The notes under the pieces are model-generated. The model made no database searches and was not told the origin of the DNA. It was given only the letters and a program-made list of their open reading frames with translations. Below, one piece after another: positions 15,201 to 30,502 of a stretch of DNA of 64,000 nucleotides; positions within the stretch are counted from its first letter, which is position 1; each line of letters opens with the position of its first letter. The stretch covers positions 19,530,001 to 19,594,000 of the forward strand of contig CM022679.1 in the NCBI GenBank assembly GCA_012295275.1, written 5' to 3'. The translations under genes were made by a program, and so were the position numbers. This DNA is from Chrysomallon squamiferum. Lineage: Eukaryota; Animalia; Mollusca.

Positions 15201-18200
15201 TGATTCTGCTAACACACACACACACAAATGCACACACCATACAATAATATATTTACTAATGCTATAAAAACCAGTACTATATACCGATGTATCGGAATCA
15301 GTTGCTGACACTGCAAACACTGAAGTTGACCTCAGTACATTTTCGTTCATTGACGTTGTGTATGGTGATCCAACAAACACAGGGGCAGTATTACGATCTA
15401 CATTCACTGTAATACTCTGTACAGCTGTCAGTTTGGGGTTACCTCCATCTTCAGCAGTTATATTCATCTGGCAAAACAGAATTATTTACATATAAACATT
15501 TCATATTTATTATTATTTCACACTATTGGTAAACTACATATATACAGCAAATATCGCACACTGGTAAAAAAAAATTATTTACCTGTTGTTAAGAATTTTA
15601 TTTTATTCATTTGAGAGAAAGGATATAATGTTCTGTTCCACTATAATTTGAAAATATGAATGTTCAAGAAATACCCAAATTACAGTATTAATAATTCTGT
15701 TTTATATACTTATTTGTTATGTTTAACATACTAATAGCAAATATGAAAAATTCTCTACTTGAACTATTTTCAATAATTAAAAAAGGATAGTTTATAGTCT
15801 CTACACTGTTATTTACAAGCTGCTTTTGAATTTGCTCCTGTACTAACAATTTTGATAAAACTAAACACTGTCTAAACTGATATTCATCTACTGATAAATT
15901 TTGATTTCACTTACTTTGTACTGTTGTGGCAAAGTGTCTGTGGTGAACGGCTTGCTCAGAACAAGTCTCCCGTCATTAGGATTGATATAGAACAAATCTT
16001 TACCTGACTGAGGTAAAATGGAATTCTTGTCTAGGTTAAAAGTGATCTGACTGTTAAGTGTGCCCTGTAATCAAAGTAAAAGTATATTTATTATCCAGCC
16101 TGCTGTACTGTAAAAATGGTACAAATATATATCTTTGCAGAAAGTTGCAGAAAGATAATGCAATAAAACATTATCAAAGAATTCATCTAAATCCATTGTT
16201 TTGGAGTGGATTATTTCTGCTTATACATTTTTAAAATATTATTTTTATATTTAGCATGCACAGTGGTCTGTCAATCTCAACACATACTATTAAATCTGAC
16301 AAAATTATTTTCATAGAACTCCTCCCCAGAAATGGATGGAGAGATATCACTGACATTTTAGGCTTTTCAGACAAACATTTATTCTATTTACAGATGTTGA
16401 GTGATCTGCTAGAAAAGCTAAAGAATAAAGCTGTTCTAATTAATGAAACAACTGAATATAAAACACATTTCATAGTAAATACATTTTGAAACTATTTAGT
16501 ATGGATACACCAAAGATTTTTTCCTGCTGTCACATATTAATGCCTCACTTCAATAGGTGATGAAGTACTTTTAAGCAAAACCCATTTTTAGAATTACTGT
16601 ACCGGCTTGTCACGGTCTGTTGCACCCAAATCCACCAACAGTTTTCCAATAGGAGCCGTTTCTTTTTCAGTGATAACACTTTGACCAAATTGAAAGAAAA
16701 TCTGTGGTGGTGAATCATTTATATCCTAGAAATATAAAACAACTGATGTATGAAATAGTTTCTGTATGTGTGCATGTGGGTGTGGGTGAGAGTAGGACTG
16801 AGTTTTGCTGCTGAGCCAGTGAATGTGTGTAAGTATTGAGAGAGATAAAGTAATCTTCTTGTGAAAGTTTAAATTTAAAACATCTTTATATGTGTCTCTA
16901 GTAAGTTTTGTAGTGAAGAACATGATTAATTTTGTTCTAGCCTAAATTATGTTTAGTTCTTTAAAGAATAATATTATATGCCATTTTGCAGTTTTTGAAA
17001 TTATTTATGAATATTTTTAGCAAAGACATAATTAAATTTATCATATAATATTTTGAGTTGAGGATTGTTCTAAACATTATTCATTAGTATTATTTTCAGT
17101 TTTATAATTTCTGTATAATAAAAATATCAGATTGAAGTATGTCTTGACTGGTCACATTTTTTAAAATTTAAAACTACTTACCACCACATTTACTGTGACA
17201 GTTGCTGAAGCAGACAGTCCTGGTTGATTTCGGCCTCCTGATGTTGTCACATAAAACAGATAGTTTTGTTTTTTCTCATAATCCAAAGCCTTAGCTGTTG
17301 TAATTTGACCAGTGAATCTGTTGATGGTGAAAAACTCTTTTGCTGCAGCATCCACAATTTCATAGCTGATATCTTTTTGAGTGTCCAAATCCTCTGCCTG
17401 TAAGTAATACAAAATAACAAAAACATATTTTTAAAATTTTTATTTATTCTGTTTGTCTATTTCATCCCATATAAAACTGAATACAGCTATTTATCGAAAA
17501 TAATACCAAAATAACTTTAATTTGCATTTAAAAGTAAAAAAAGGAAACAAACAGAGGTTAATGTTAGTTTTCATTGTTGTGTATAACAAACAATAAAGCA
17601 TACAAACTTTATTTTTCACACAAAATTATTAGAATACTTTACATACACACTCACACCCACATACATATTATATACATAGGTACATACATGCATACTGATA
17701 TACATTTATATATCCATTTATGTATGCATACTACTTCCATTAGCTGTATATGAAATAGAAGTATTTATACTTAGATCCTATTCTTCTCAGATTCCAAAAT
17801 CTGAAATACTTTTTGTGCAAACATTTCTGATAAAGGATTCTCAGTCTGTAATCAGTTTATATCTAAAATAGAGTTAATAAAAAAACACTTGCCGTGACTT
17901 TGACTACAGGCAAACCAGCCACACCTTCTTTCACTGATGCCTCATACTGAGTTTTAACAAACAGTGGAATGTTGTCCTGGACGTCGTTTACCATCACAAT
18001 CACAGTGGCTGAACCACGACGCTGGTCAGTCGCCTGGTCAGTGGCATACACAAAAAACTTGTACTGCTTCTTAGTTTCATAATCAATCACCTGCGATGTT
18101 TTTATCTGTGCATTTCCCACACCTTGTTGTATTGAAAACCTTCAAACAAAAAATATGTATGTAAATTTTTTTCTTTCCAATCCTCTATTCACTGTTTATA

Positions 18201-21110
18201 GCATTTACATTAAATGTACATCAAAAATTACAAAACTCATAATAAGGAACTGTATTAACAGATAAATTAATGAAATTATGAATATAATTTGTTTAAATAT
18301 CAACTTTATAGTACATTGTTGACTTTATTTTCATCTGAAGAAGTCCTTTAAAAAATTTTATTCTGAACCAATCAGAAAACTGCATACAGAGATAACATGT
18401 GATGGTCACTTACGGAAGCGGAGTGTTGTCAATAGCAACAATGCTGTAAGTCAGTTGTGAATTTGGTGTATTTGGCTGATCACTGTCAGAAGCCTGAAAT
18501 TGAAAAAATAATAATAATCAGCCAAGATAATTTTATCATTTTTAAATTAATTTGTTTTTCATGAAAAAACAAACACAGAGTCAAACCCGGCCATACTATT
18601 CCAAGAATACAACTGGACTTCACTAAAATCTATTCTGAATTCTTGTACAAAATATTCTTCTAAACTTAACTCCCATCTTGACTGTTAGTCTTGAAAATCA
18701 AACAAAGTGTCAAAAATACTTGTACAGTGCCAACACCTACAAAAACTTCATCACTACAGTAGGTCAGTATAAATTATTTTAAATTTCTTTAAACATCCTA
18801 GTACAAAAATTCATTCAAAACATGGTTTTGACTGGTGTAAAAGAAATTAAATATACCTGTACAGAGCCAACATCAACAGGTGGTGACTGTCCCTCAGTCA
18901 CTGTGAATGTGTAGGTGTTGCCCACCAAACCTGGGCCAGCAAACACTGGATTGTTGTCATTTATATCTGTTATTACAACTCTCAGGCGTGTCGTGTCAAA
19001 CTGAAAACAAAGAAAATTAATAAAGAAGTTATATAACAATCAAACTATTCTACATGTCAAATCTGTATCTTTCTGGTCTGCGAGTAATTTAATTAACAAT
19101 ATCAAGGGCAGAGGAATGTTAATTACAACCATCAAATAAATGCTGTTATCACAGTTTAATAAACTGATTGTTCAAGACAAACCTTCTGTTCAGGATCTCT
19201 CACAGTGATGGTCAAATTGTACTCTGGTATACTTTCACGGTCCAGTCTTCGGTTATTTCTCACTATACCACTACAAATGAGATAACAAAATATTTTACAT
19301 GGAGATCATTCATATGCTAAATGATAATCAATTATTTACAAATAATTAAAGAACAAAATGTAATATCCGTGACAAACATATTAACTGCATGCAACAAATA
19401 TTAGTATTAACTAGAAATTGTGGCAAAATATATTTTTGAATCTAACAATATGAAATGTTCTGTATTCATAGCTGGACAAAAATTAAGTGTGACATGTCCA
19501 ATTTTTTTTATTACAGTTAATATAATGTGAAAAAAGACAATCACAAAATAAAAATTTAAAAGTATAATATTAATGTATGTGTGTGTGTGTGTGTATGTGT
19601 GTGGTGTAGAGTGTGTGTTTGTTTGTGTACACTAGTTTAAAAACTTACTCAGACTGTCCAATGTTAAAAGTAGTATCCTGTGTGTTTAAGACATTCTCTA
19701 TAGAAAATGTCAGAACTTTATCATCATCTATGACCTGCCAAAGAAACACAGTACTAAACATTGGTTTTCTGTGTAGAGAAAACTATATTTAAAAAACAAA
19801 AACTAAATGACTAAGATTAAATATCTTTTGTTATTTTTTTGAATATCACACATTTCCAAGAAAGTCTAAATTTATGTATCTTATAGGATAGTATTTCATT
19901 AATCAAAAAAATTAGGTTAGTATTTGCATGTTTCACTAATCTGGTTTTTCAGAGATATTAGTGTTTCATTAATCTGTAAACAGTGATTTATATTATGTTT
20001 CTTGTAATGTTTTTTTAATTTGTTTATAACAGATTATTATTTTAATAATGTTTTATTGATCTAATAACTTGAGTTACATTTCTTGCAGTAATCTGTTGAT
20101 TTGTTTGTATTTCTGTAACAAAGAGTAAGAGAAGCAAACTTACTGGAGTAGTGAAAATCTGTCGATTCAGATCAATTCCCTCACTCACATAGACTGTATA
20201 CAGCTCACCAGGAATGTTAGGACTCTTGTTTCCAGCTGTCACAATGTCAAGAATTACTGTAACAACTCCCCTGAAATTAACAAAACTTGTAATACAACAG
20301 CAGTGCTGGTTTCTCTTACATCTCTGTATAAGACTTGTTACCAGTAGTTATAAGATGGTTTGTCAATAATGTATACTGTCAGTTGAAACTTGACTGCAGA
20401 TTTCAAATCTGACTTTCCCAACTCCTCACAAACATTTTCCCAGACAGTATCATAAATCAGTTAATGTTTGTTGTTAACTGAGTAATTTCTAGTCTGTTTA
20501 GTGCAGTCTAGTGTACTAGACGTAATAAGTGTGGCAGGAGAACAGTTTTGTACTGAAATACCTTCTTTCAATAAAATTGTTATTGTGATTATTTTTTTAT
20601 TACAACTGCAGTGATAATAATGAAAAGTCAGAGCCCTGCTGATATTCTACAACTTTATGAAATATTTTAACCCTTTTAATTCCAGCAACTTTTGATGACA
20701 ACTCAACTTACTTGAGAGCTGGCGTCCCTCCATCAGTTGCTGAAATGGTTATGGCATATGAATCTCCTTCAGCAAATGTCCCTTGTAAATAAAGAGCATT
20801 TTGCTCAAGGATAAATTTACTTGCTGCATTGTTGCTGACACTTTGAATGGTGTATGTTATCACATTGTTTGGATTCGAATCAGCATCAGTTGCCTGAATC
20901 TGCAAACAGAAAATTATTAAAGTTTAAAAACCTAAGAGTTCCTCACTTCAGATTTCTTATTACATATTAAGATTTTAAAAATCAGGTGTCTCTTAATTAT
21001 TTATTTTGATATATGATAATGGTACAATTCCAATAAAATTAATTAAATTACTGAAATTAATAATAAAAATTATATAATAATAACAATAATAATAACAATA
21101 ATAATTATAA

Positions 21111-21147
<37 letters not shown>

Positions 21148-22427
21148 AATATTCAGGTGTTGGACAAATGAAGGATTGTATTAGAAATAACAGTTGTAAA
21201 TTTACGTGCAATGAATAATAAAAAAATAGTAAAATATTTGTTGAATAATAACAAAAATAAACAGTATGTGTACATGTGATAAACAAAGTATGTGTCTATG
21301 TAAATTGTATTTGAAAAATTATTAGTAATGAATGCCATTATTATATATGCCTTAAATTAAAAATATTTTTGTGATTTAATGAAGGAATATGTTAACAACA
21401 AAACCATTTATATTCCATGTGAATACATACATTTGTTATAAAGTCTTTGTTGTAAGTGCCTGCTGGTTTGGTAAATTTTAGTAAATTGGACTGGAAGGTT
21501 GGTCTGTTATCATTCACATCAATTACATTCACTGTCAAACCCTGTGTGGTTGATAGCTTTTCCTTTGTACTTGCTTCTGTCACTCTGACCTGAAATATAA
21601 AATACATGAATAGTGTGTTCAAATGTTCAGTGAGTAGCAGTAAGTGATTACGAAGTTTAGTACAACACACTGAAATATTCAAAATAATCTTTCTCTACAT
21701 GTGGAAAATTCAGCTAGGAGAACTGTTTAATTTAACAGCTTCATACAGATTTTTTTATTATTATTATTCAAATAATCACACACTGATGAATAATCAAGGT
21801 TTAGCATTATTAGAATCCAAAGTACAAGCATGAATTTTCATCTGACATTTTAAAACATTTTGTCAGCAACAGATAAAAAGCTAGATGAAATAACTGTAAA
21901 AAAAAAAAGAAAAATGGTGGTTCAACATTTAATAAATACATATATGATGGCTAGGAAAACCAATAAAATCAGAATTATAGTGTTTTTATTTAATGTGTCA
22001 TACTGTAAATAAAAATTAAGCATTGAGAAATATGGTCTGCTTTACAAATGACACACTGATGTACACAGCTCCATCATTCAGCAACTGCAGCAGCACTTCA
22101 TTATCACTGGCTCAGCAACCCCACTTAAGATTCAGTTTTCGTGTGTGTTTGTGTGCAAATTATTATCAGCTTTTGTGCTGCTGTTTTGCTGATTACCAAC
22201 CTGAAAAGTGTATGTTTTTTGTCCTGCATCATAGTCCAAGCCAGGTGCAGCCAATCTGAGAAAACCATCTGTGTCAACTTTAAATGCTGTTGTTCCGATA
22301 ACTTCATATGTATATGTCTGTTTTGGGTCAGAGGCAGACTGCATAGACAACAAAAAATGATTGGTGTAATATCAATTTATAATACTCTGCTTAACAGTAT
22401 TTTATGCTTAAATAATTATAATAATTT

Positions 22428-22467
<40 letters not shown>

Positions 22468-25400
22468 CACACACACACACACAATCAGTATTTTATATTT
22501 TATCTTATCTAGTAAATAAAAAATACATGTAAAGATAAAAAAGCTCACCACATCCTGATCAGTAACAACCAGCTGCAACGTATTTGTAAGACTGGAGTCT
22601 CTAACGTGGTCGTTGGTTTTGGCATCTTCACGAATGTAGCCAATGAAATTTCCAGTAGATGAAGTGACAGTTGGTGGAAAGTTATTAGCAGCAACAACCT
22701 TTCCACGGACAATAGCCCGCTGGAATCTGTTAGCTCCTGATGTTGGACCTGTCTCTGTAGCCTGGAAACAGAAGTTAGTCCAGTTATTTTAAAGTAACAA
22801 TTTATAACATACTTCCATCAGATCATTATTCAGACATGCTTGATGTGGACAAAACCTTGGGTTTTGTCAGAATTCTATTGAAGAAAATGTTGAAAAAATG
22901 TAATGCTATCTTCACATCATATCTATCTGTGATTCAATAAAAAGTTATTTAAAACATATCATTTATCTGAACTTAGTATTATTTTTTAATGAAACCTTCT
23001 GTTTTATTTAGAACAGTTAGACAGGGAAAGCTTTATTTCAAGAAAAACAGTTTCTGTAAAATTTTATTAATTAATCAAATTTTATATAATTCAGTATCAG
23101 CAATTTTGAGAAAAATAAATGATACCAACCCGTATGACAATCTCGAACTCATTGTTGATGACATCAGCCTTGGTGATAGCACTCCTCAGACTGAGACTTG
23201 TAGTGTAGAGCAAACTGCCTGCAGCTGGTCGAACTGACTGAAGTGGGTTGAATTTAGTTATCAGACCAGCTGGTGTTGCTATCACAAATACATTTTAAAT
23301 CAATTAAAATCTGTTTAACTTTATAGATAAAGTTATTGGATGTTAACATTTATTCTTTTTAATAATTATATGGGAAGATAAAAAATTATTAAAAACAATA
23401 ATTAAAACAATATCACCTCCATTTACTTATACACAATTATGCTATCAATATTAAAAGCTATTAATAGCACACACACACACACACACACACATGCACATGC
23501 ACACATACATGCACACATACACACACACACACATCATTATTTTATACATTTTCTTCCAAAGAAAATTTATTAGAAATGTTTCAGTATATAATTAAACAGG
23601 CTTTTTCACAGTTTGTTGTCTGTTTGTACATATACTGCTTATAGATGAGTGTGGGGTGTATATACTGCTTATAGATGAGTGTGGGGTGTATATACTGCTT
23701 ATAGATGAGTGTGGAGGTGTATATACTGCTTACAGATGAGTGTGGGGGTGTATATACTGCTTACAGATGAGTGTGGGGTGTATATACTGCTTACAGATGA
23801 GTGTGGGGGTGTATATACTGCTTACAGATGAGTATGGGGTGTATATACTGCTTACAGATGAGTGTGGGGTGTATATACTGCTTATAGATGAGTATGGGGT
23901 GTATATACTGCTTATAGATGAGTGTGGGGTGTATATACTGCTTATAGATGAGTGTGGGGTGTATATACTGCTTACAGATGAGTGTGGGGTGTATATACTG
24001 CTTACAGATGAGAGTGGAGGTGTATATACTGCTTATAGATGAGTGTGGGGTGTATATACTGCTTAGAGATGAGTGTGAGGTGTATATACTGCTTACAGAT
24101 GAGAGTGGGGTGTATATACTGCTTATAGATGAGTGTGAGGTGTATATACTGCTTACAGATGAGAGTGGGGTGTATATACTGTTTACAGATGAGTGTGGGG
24201 TGTATATACTGCTTATAGATGAGTGTGGGGTGTATATACTGCTTACAGATGAGTGTGGGGTGTATATACTGCTTACAGATGAGTGTGGGGTGTATATACT
24301 GTTTACAGATGAGTGTGGGGTGTATATACTGCTTATAGATGAGTGTGGGGTGTATATACTGCTTACAGATGAGTGTGGGGGTGTATATACTGCTTACAGA
24401 TGAGTACAGGGGTGTATATACTGCTTACAGATGAGTGTGGGGTGTATATACTGCTTACAGATGAGTACAGGGGTGTATATACTGCTTACAGATGAGTGTG
24501 GGGTGTATATACTGCTTACAGATGAGTGTGGGGTGTATATACTGTTTACAGATGAGTGTGGGGTGTATATACTGCTTACAGATGAGTGTGGGGTGTATAT
24601 ACTGCTTACAGATGAGTACAGGGGTGTATATACTGCTTACAGATGAGTGTGGGGTGTATATACTGCTTACAGATGAGTGTGGAGGTGTATATACTGCTTG
24701 TAAATGAGAGTGGTGTATATATATATAGTGCTCAGTGTATGTGTGTAGGGTATATATAAAACATACTTTGTTCAATGGTGAAGCTGATGGGATAGTTAAG
24801 TGAATCTTGGTCTCTAGCAGCAATGGTTACAGGTGAATTAGTAGTGTCTGGAATAGCATGGACCTCAAGAACTCCAGTCTAAATAAATGACAAAAGAAGT
24901 AATATTAAAAAGAGAAAATGAAGTATTATATTATTATAAATCACATAATATTATATAAAAATAAAACTTCAAACAAAGTTATTATATATTTCTACTGTGT
25001 AGAAACAGTGCTATTTTAGTAATAAAAATAATAATAATAATAAAACATGTTATTTAGAATTTGTATCATATATTAAATGTAAGTTTTAAACTAATTTAAA
25101 CTGTGAAGTATAACAAAGTACAAAAATACTTTACACTATCAAATATAACAAACTGTAAAAAAATAATCTACACTATCAAATATAACAAAGTGCAAAAATA
25201 GTTTACACTATCAAATATAATAAAATATAAAAATAATCTACACTATCAAATATAACAAAGTGTAAAAGTAATCTACACTATCAAATATAACAAAGCGTAA
25301 AAAATACTTTACTGTTTATCAAATATAATTTTATATAAGAGATAAAATATAACAGAGTAAAAATAGTTTACAAATCAAATATAACAGAGTAAAAATAGTT

Positions 25401-28400
25401 AACATTATCAAATTAAAAAAACTATGAAAACTTTTCACACTATCAAATATAACAAAACAGTTTAAACCATCAAGTAAACAGCATACAAAAATAATCTATT
25501 CTATCAAATATAATTAATTATATTATGAATTTTTGCAGATATAAAAATCTGTTTTTAAAATAATTCAAGCTATAATGCATTAAAATGTTTTCAAGGTTTC
25601 ATACTTTGAGATATACTAAAATTTAGCAACTTCTAATAGCAATTACCACAATTAACTTTATTTACAATTAGATTCATTTGCATCAGTTGAAATGAATTGA
25701 ACTATGTTTAACTGCTGCGTCTAACATATTAATTTAATTAATATTTTCTTACTGTTGAACCAGTAACAACGCTGATGCTGTATTCTGGGTTAAAACACAC
25801 TGGTGGTGCTGTTGTTGTCAATCTGCAGCCACTGTACTCAAACACTGGACCCTGATCATCTCCGTCTGTTATTGTAATGTTGAGAAATGTTACTGATTTT
25901 TTCTGTTTGGTTTTATCATCTGGCTGATCCTGTAACATGCAGAGATTCAATGAAACACTGGAAACCAGCACTGTATGTTAGACTCACATTATATCAGACA
26001 TTGTCTTATTGCTCAGAAAATACTCTTATACATCACAACTTACAAAACAAAAACAAACGTTAAAAATAGAAACACAGATTAGTATTGTTATCTAAAGTTA
26101 TTCTCCAGTATTTTGCTGAAATTTTATTTACTGTTTTTGTCATGATGAAAGACTATTGCACTAAGTATTATTTCATAATCCACGGTTGTAATCATCAGCC
26201 TGAATTCCTGCCAAATCAATACTTACAGCTGCCTGGATTCTCACAATGTAGAATGGTGCATTATTAACATTGACAGCTTCAAAGTCCAGAGTCTCACTAA
26301 CTGTCACAAATCCCTGGGAAGGGGTTGGAATAGCAAACTTGGTGAAGCCATCATTCTGTGAAAACAAGTTTTCAATTATTTATCTAAAACATTATTAATG
26401 TATTATTGTTATAATTCAAAATATAACCCTTTGTGTTAATTTTGTTCCAGCAATGTTAGGTTATACATACTTTTAATTCAGCTTTAATTGTTTTTCTTTA
26501 ACAAATAATTAAAACACTTACTGCATCTCCATTTCCAGGCAGTATAGCGTATTCAACAACAGCATTCTTCATCCTGTCCAGGTCAGTAGAGGAAACTGAT
26601 CGGAAAATTGTTATTCCCACAGGCATAAGCTGAACACAAATAAAAATAACAGTTTTCATTGAAATCCAGTTCCATTTGATTCTTAATGAAGGAATAATTT
26701 CTACTGTTACTGACATTATTCTGATGATTAACTATACAATTTTGTGATGTCAGCAGATCTGTTTAATCATGAAAGGTAATCCTGCTGAAACATCAAACCA
26801 GATAAAAATTTGTTGATTTATATTTTGTTACAAATTAACAATATCCTACCTCACTGACAGTAGTAGCATATGGAGCACCTACAAACTGAGGAGCATTATC
26901 ATTCAAATCAACAATCTGCATCTTCACAAGTGGATAGAATGGCTGAATTTAAAAAACAGTTAATCAGTTAAACAATACCAAATCAAACTGTAAACAAATT
27001 CATCATGATAAAGTCAAATATTTAATTTGGTGTTTGACAAAAATAATGAAGCAAGTTCTGAAATGGTTGGCTGTATCTTCAAGTACAAATTAAAGTAAAC
27101 AAATAACATTCATTCTCTTATTACTGAGATTATTGGTTTAGTCAAAGTACAAGCAATTAACCAGATATTTTCATTTAAAAAAAAAACTGCTATACCAATA
27201 TTGGTATATTCAGGCTGGTTGGGTTGAGTCAAGATTTGTAAATGGATTTGGATTAAAGATAAGAAAGAGAAAAGACAAGAGTGAATTGTAAGCAATAAGA
27301 TATATATGTGAAGTTGCTGTGACAAAATATGACTTACACTGGTATTAGTATTATCCTTGCAGATAAGTTCATATTCTACTGAGTTGATGTCATCATTCGC
27401 AGCTGGAAACTGGCCCTACAAACAACAAACAAATATAAAATCAACTTATTAAATAGTTAATTGCATTATACAAGTATAATTTCAGTATTTCTATGTGATA
27501 TAACAACCTTAAATGATTTAGAATAATTTCTTATTTATCTGAAACTTTTTTCTTATTTACATCTAATACTGGTTTATAATAATTTTCTTATTTACATATA
27601 ATAGTGATTTATAATAATTTTCTTATTTACATCTAATACTGGTTTATAATAATTTTCTTATTGACATCTAATATTGGTTTATAATAATTTTCCTATTTAC
27701 ATCTAATATTGGTTTATAATAATTTTCTTATTTACATATAATAGTGATTTATAATAATTTTCTTATTGACATCTAATATTGGTTTATAATAATTTTCTTA
27801 CATCCATATAATACTGGTTTTGAATAATTTTCTTATTTAGATAAAATATTGGTTTACAATAATTTTCTTACTTACATCTAATATTGGTTTACAATAAATT
27901 TTTAATTTACATCTAATACTGGTTTATAATAATTTTCTTATTTACATCTAATATTGGTTTATAATAATTTTCTTATTTACATCTAATATTGGTTTATAAT
28001 AATTTTCTTGTTTACGTCTAATACTGGTCTAGAATAATATTTTAATTTACATCTACTACTGGTTTATAATAATTTTCCTATTTACATCAACACTTACATC
28101 TCTGTCTATAGGTTTTATCATCCGAATTTGCCAGTTACCCAGGTTAGTGTTCCGAATCAGTTGAAAATAAGTTTTAGGAGGAAGGGAATTATCAGTATTT
28201 CTGGTATCATCAGAAAATGTTACTGACTCTATGACTGAACTGAATGGTAAATTCACTGTGTATCTAGCTGGATTAACTGTAATTAAAATAAAACACAAAA
28301 TGATAAATATACAAATAAGAAATACATGAATCCAACAAGAGTTAAAATAATATAAATAATCTTAAAAATAATAATGAAATAATAAATATTTGATAAATTA

Positions 28401-30451
28401 TTCCAATTCCTAGTCATAGAAATTTAGCATTAAATACATTTATAAGTTAAATTACTGTTTATTATCAGTGACTGCATAAATCTTTAATTCCTGTCTTATT
28501 ATTGTATTTATGATTTTTAAAATTGTTTAAATCTTCTTACATCTACTACATACCAGAATAAAAAATTTAAAAAAATATTATAGTTTCTTTCATTTTATAT
28601 TCACTACAAAATATCTTGTTATTACTATTATTTCAAAAAATTAAATTAAATCTATATATGTGTGTGTATGTATATCTTTTGTTTTTCTGTTAACATTGCT
28701 GTAAAATAATTTGGTGTGACTGACAGAACATTTCCCAATTACACAATCTACAGTGATAAGACATAATTACTGTCAACATCAGTCTGGGTGTTTGCTTCAT
28801 CAGTGTTGATTTGGCTTGTTGCAACTTCTTGGGTAAATTTTTCACAGGTGTCTGAAAATAAACAAGCAATCACAAAAATGATTAAAATGAGAGATGAAGT
28901 TTACAAATCTAGTCACAGTATTAAAAGGAAATATGTGTTCAAAACTATGAGACAGTCAAGAATTGGTGTAAAAATTAATTCATTTACTGACAGAAAATAA
29001 AAATTGAAATATTTATTTTCAATACTATTTTAAACTGAACAGTATTAAGAAAATGTATTTTTTTCCTTTATTAAATAATGAAGTGATGTAATTAAAATAC
29101 TTTCATTTCTGTATGTAGGTTTAGTGATAGGAAATAACTGCTGAAATACACATACTTGTACTGAATAATACTTTTTTTTTATAGTGTGTTATAAATAAAA
29201 TTATTGTAGTTTTCTTTAAGATTAAAAGAAATTTTAAAATTGTAACAAATCACTGAAATAATCCTGAAAATAAAAACATCTAGCCAGTCTATAAACAGTT
29301 AACAAATAAATATATTTTATTATGTTTACCAGTCACACATTGTCAGGTAATAAATATTTCCAAATCCAGTGAAAAAAAAAAAAAATTATTCTAGGCTTCA
29401 TAACTTTCTAATGACAATATAATTCACTTTTTGATTTTCTTTAAATCTTTAATTTGTAACATCTTTCTATAAAATGTTGTTTTCACTTCAGTTTAACAGT
29501 AAACTTGTAAAGATTTACACATTAACAATAAATACATTTGATCCAACTTATTCAAATGCAACCATAAACCTTAACAATCCAACAAGCTATGATGTTGTTT
29601 TAAAAAGTGTTGATTTAAAAAAAGGTAAAACCAAGAGCAAAAAGGTTTTGAAAATAATTTACACATGCAAACATGTGCACAGGTAAAATGCATCATGCAA
29701 CTGAAAAATGCATTTCCAGTAAAATAATTGCTTCAGTATTTTGTACTGTTATTCTGAGAGAGATTGTTTTGTTTTCATTCAGTAAGAAAGAATGTAACAC
29801 AGTCTTTAATACACCAATATGTTGTTGCTGAAATAACCCGACATTTCTTTTAACGTGACCTCTGGTCAGGACAGATTTTTCCCATGAATTCAAAGAGTCA
29901 CGCATCAGACAATCACATGCAGAATTTTAGTTTAAAAAGCATACATCCGATCTTTAAAATTTTTCATGCACCTTTTTTGTAATTAAAAAATATAACATAC
30001 ACAAAGCAAAAGACTCAAAATTTCCTGGAAAAAAGAAGAAAATAAATATTTTTATATATATATATATTTGATTAAGCATGATTCCAAAGACAGCATCCCA
30101 CATTCCATTGCATTTCATGATGTGCCATTTAAACCTGAAATACTGCATGAAAATTCATGAGATCCATCTGGACACTGTTGAAAGCCATCACAGTGCTGGG
30201 ACTTGGACACACATGTGCCGTCATAGCACTGGAAGTAAAGTGGATCCCACTGACAGTTGTAAGTGTCTTTCCAGTACTCCCAGGTGACATTCCACGAATC
30301 ATCAAACGTGTTGACAACTGATGCTGTGTAAACAACTTAGACATACTAAGATCTGTTGAGCTGTTACATTTCATTTGAAACAGGTTGATACCACTCTAAC
30401 ATGTTGTAGTTACATAAGTTTATGTCTATGCAAACATTCATAAAAATATAA

Positions 30452-30502
<51 letters not shown>

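Noticed and set aside
23626-24720. Regular 30-bp repeats that look like a CRISPR array, with ORFs of up to 151 aa
   Set aside because: The units are head-to-tail with no unique spacers, no cas genes are present, and the array lies in a eukaryotic intron. The ORFs are artefacts of a stop-free repeat unit.
29650-30400. GC-richer intronic segment with several short ORFs
   Set aside because: Stops in all frames, and the cadherin frame is complete without it. Probably an old TE remnant, family not recognisable.
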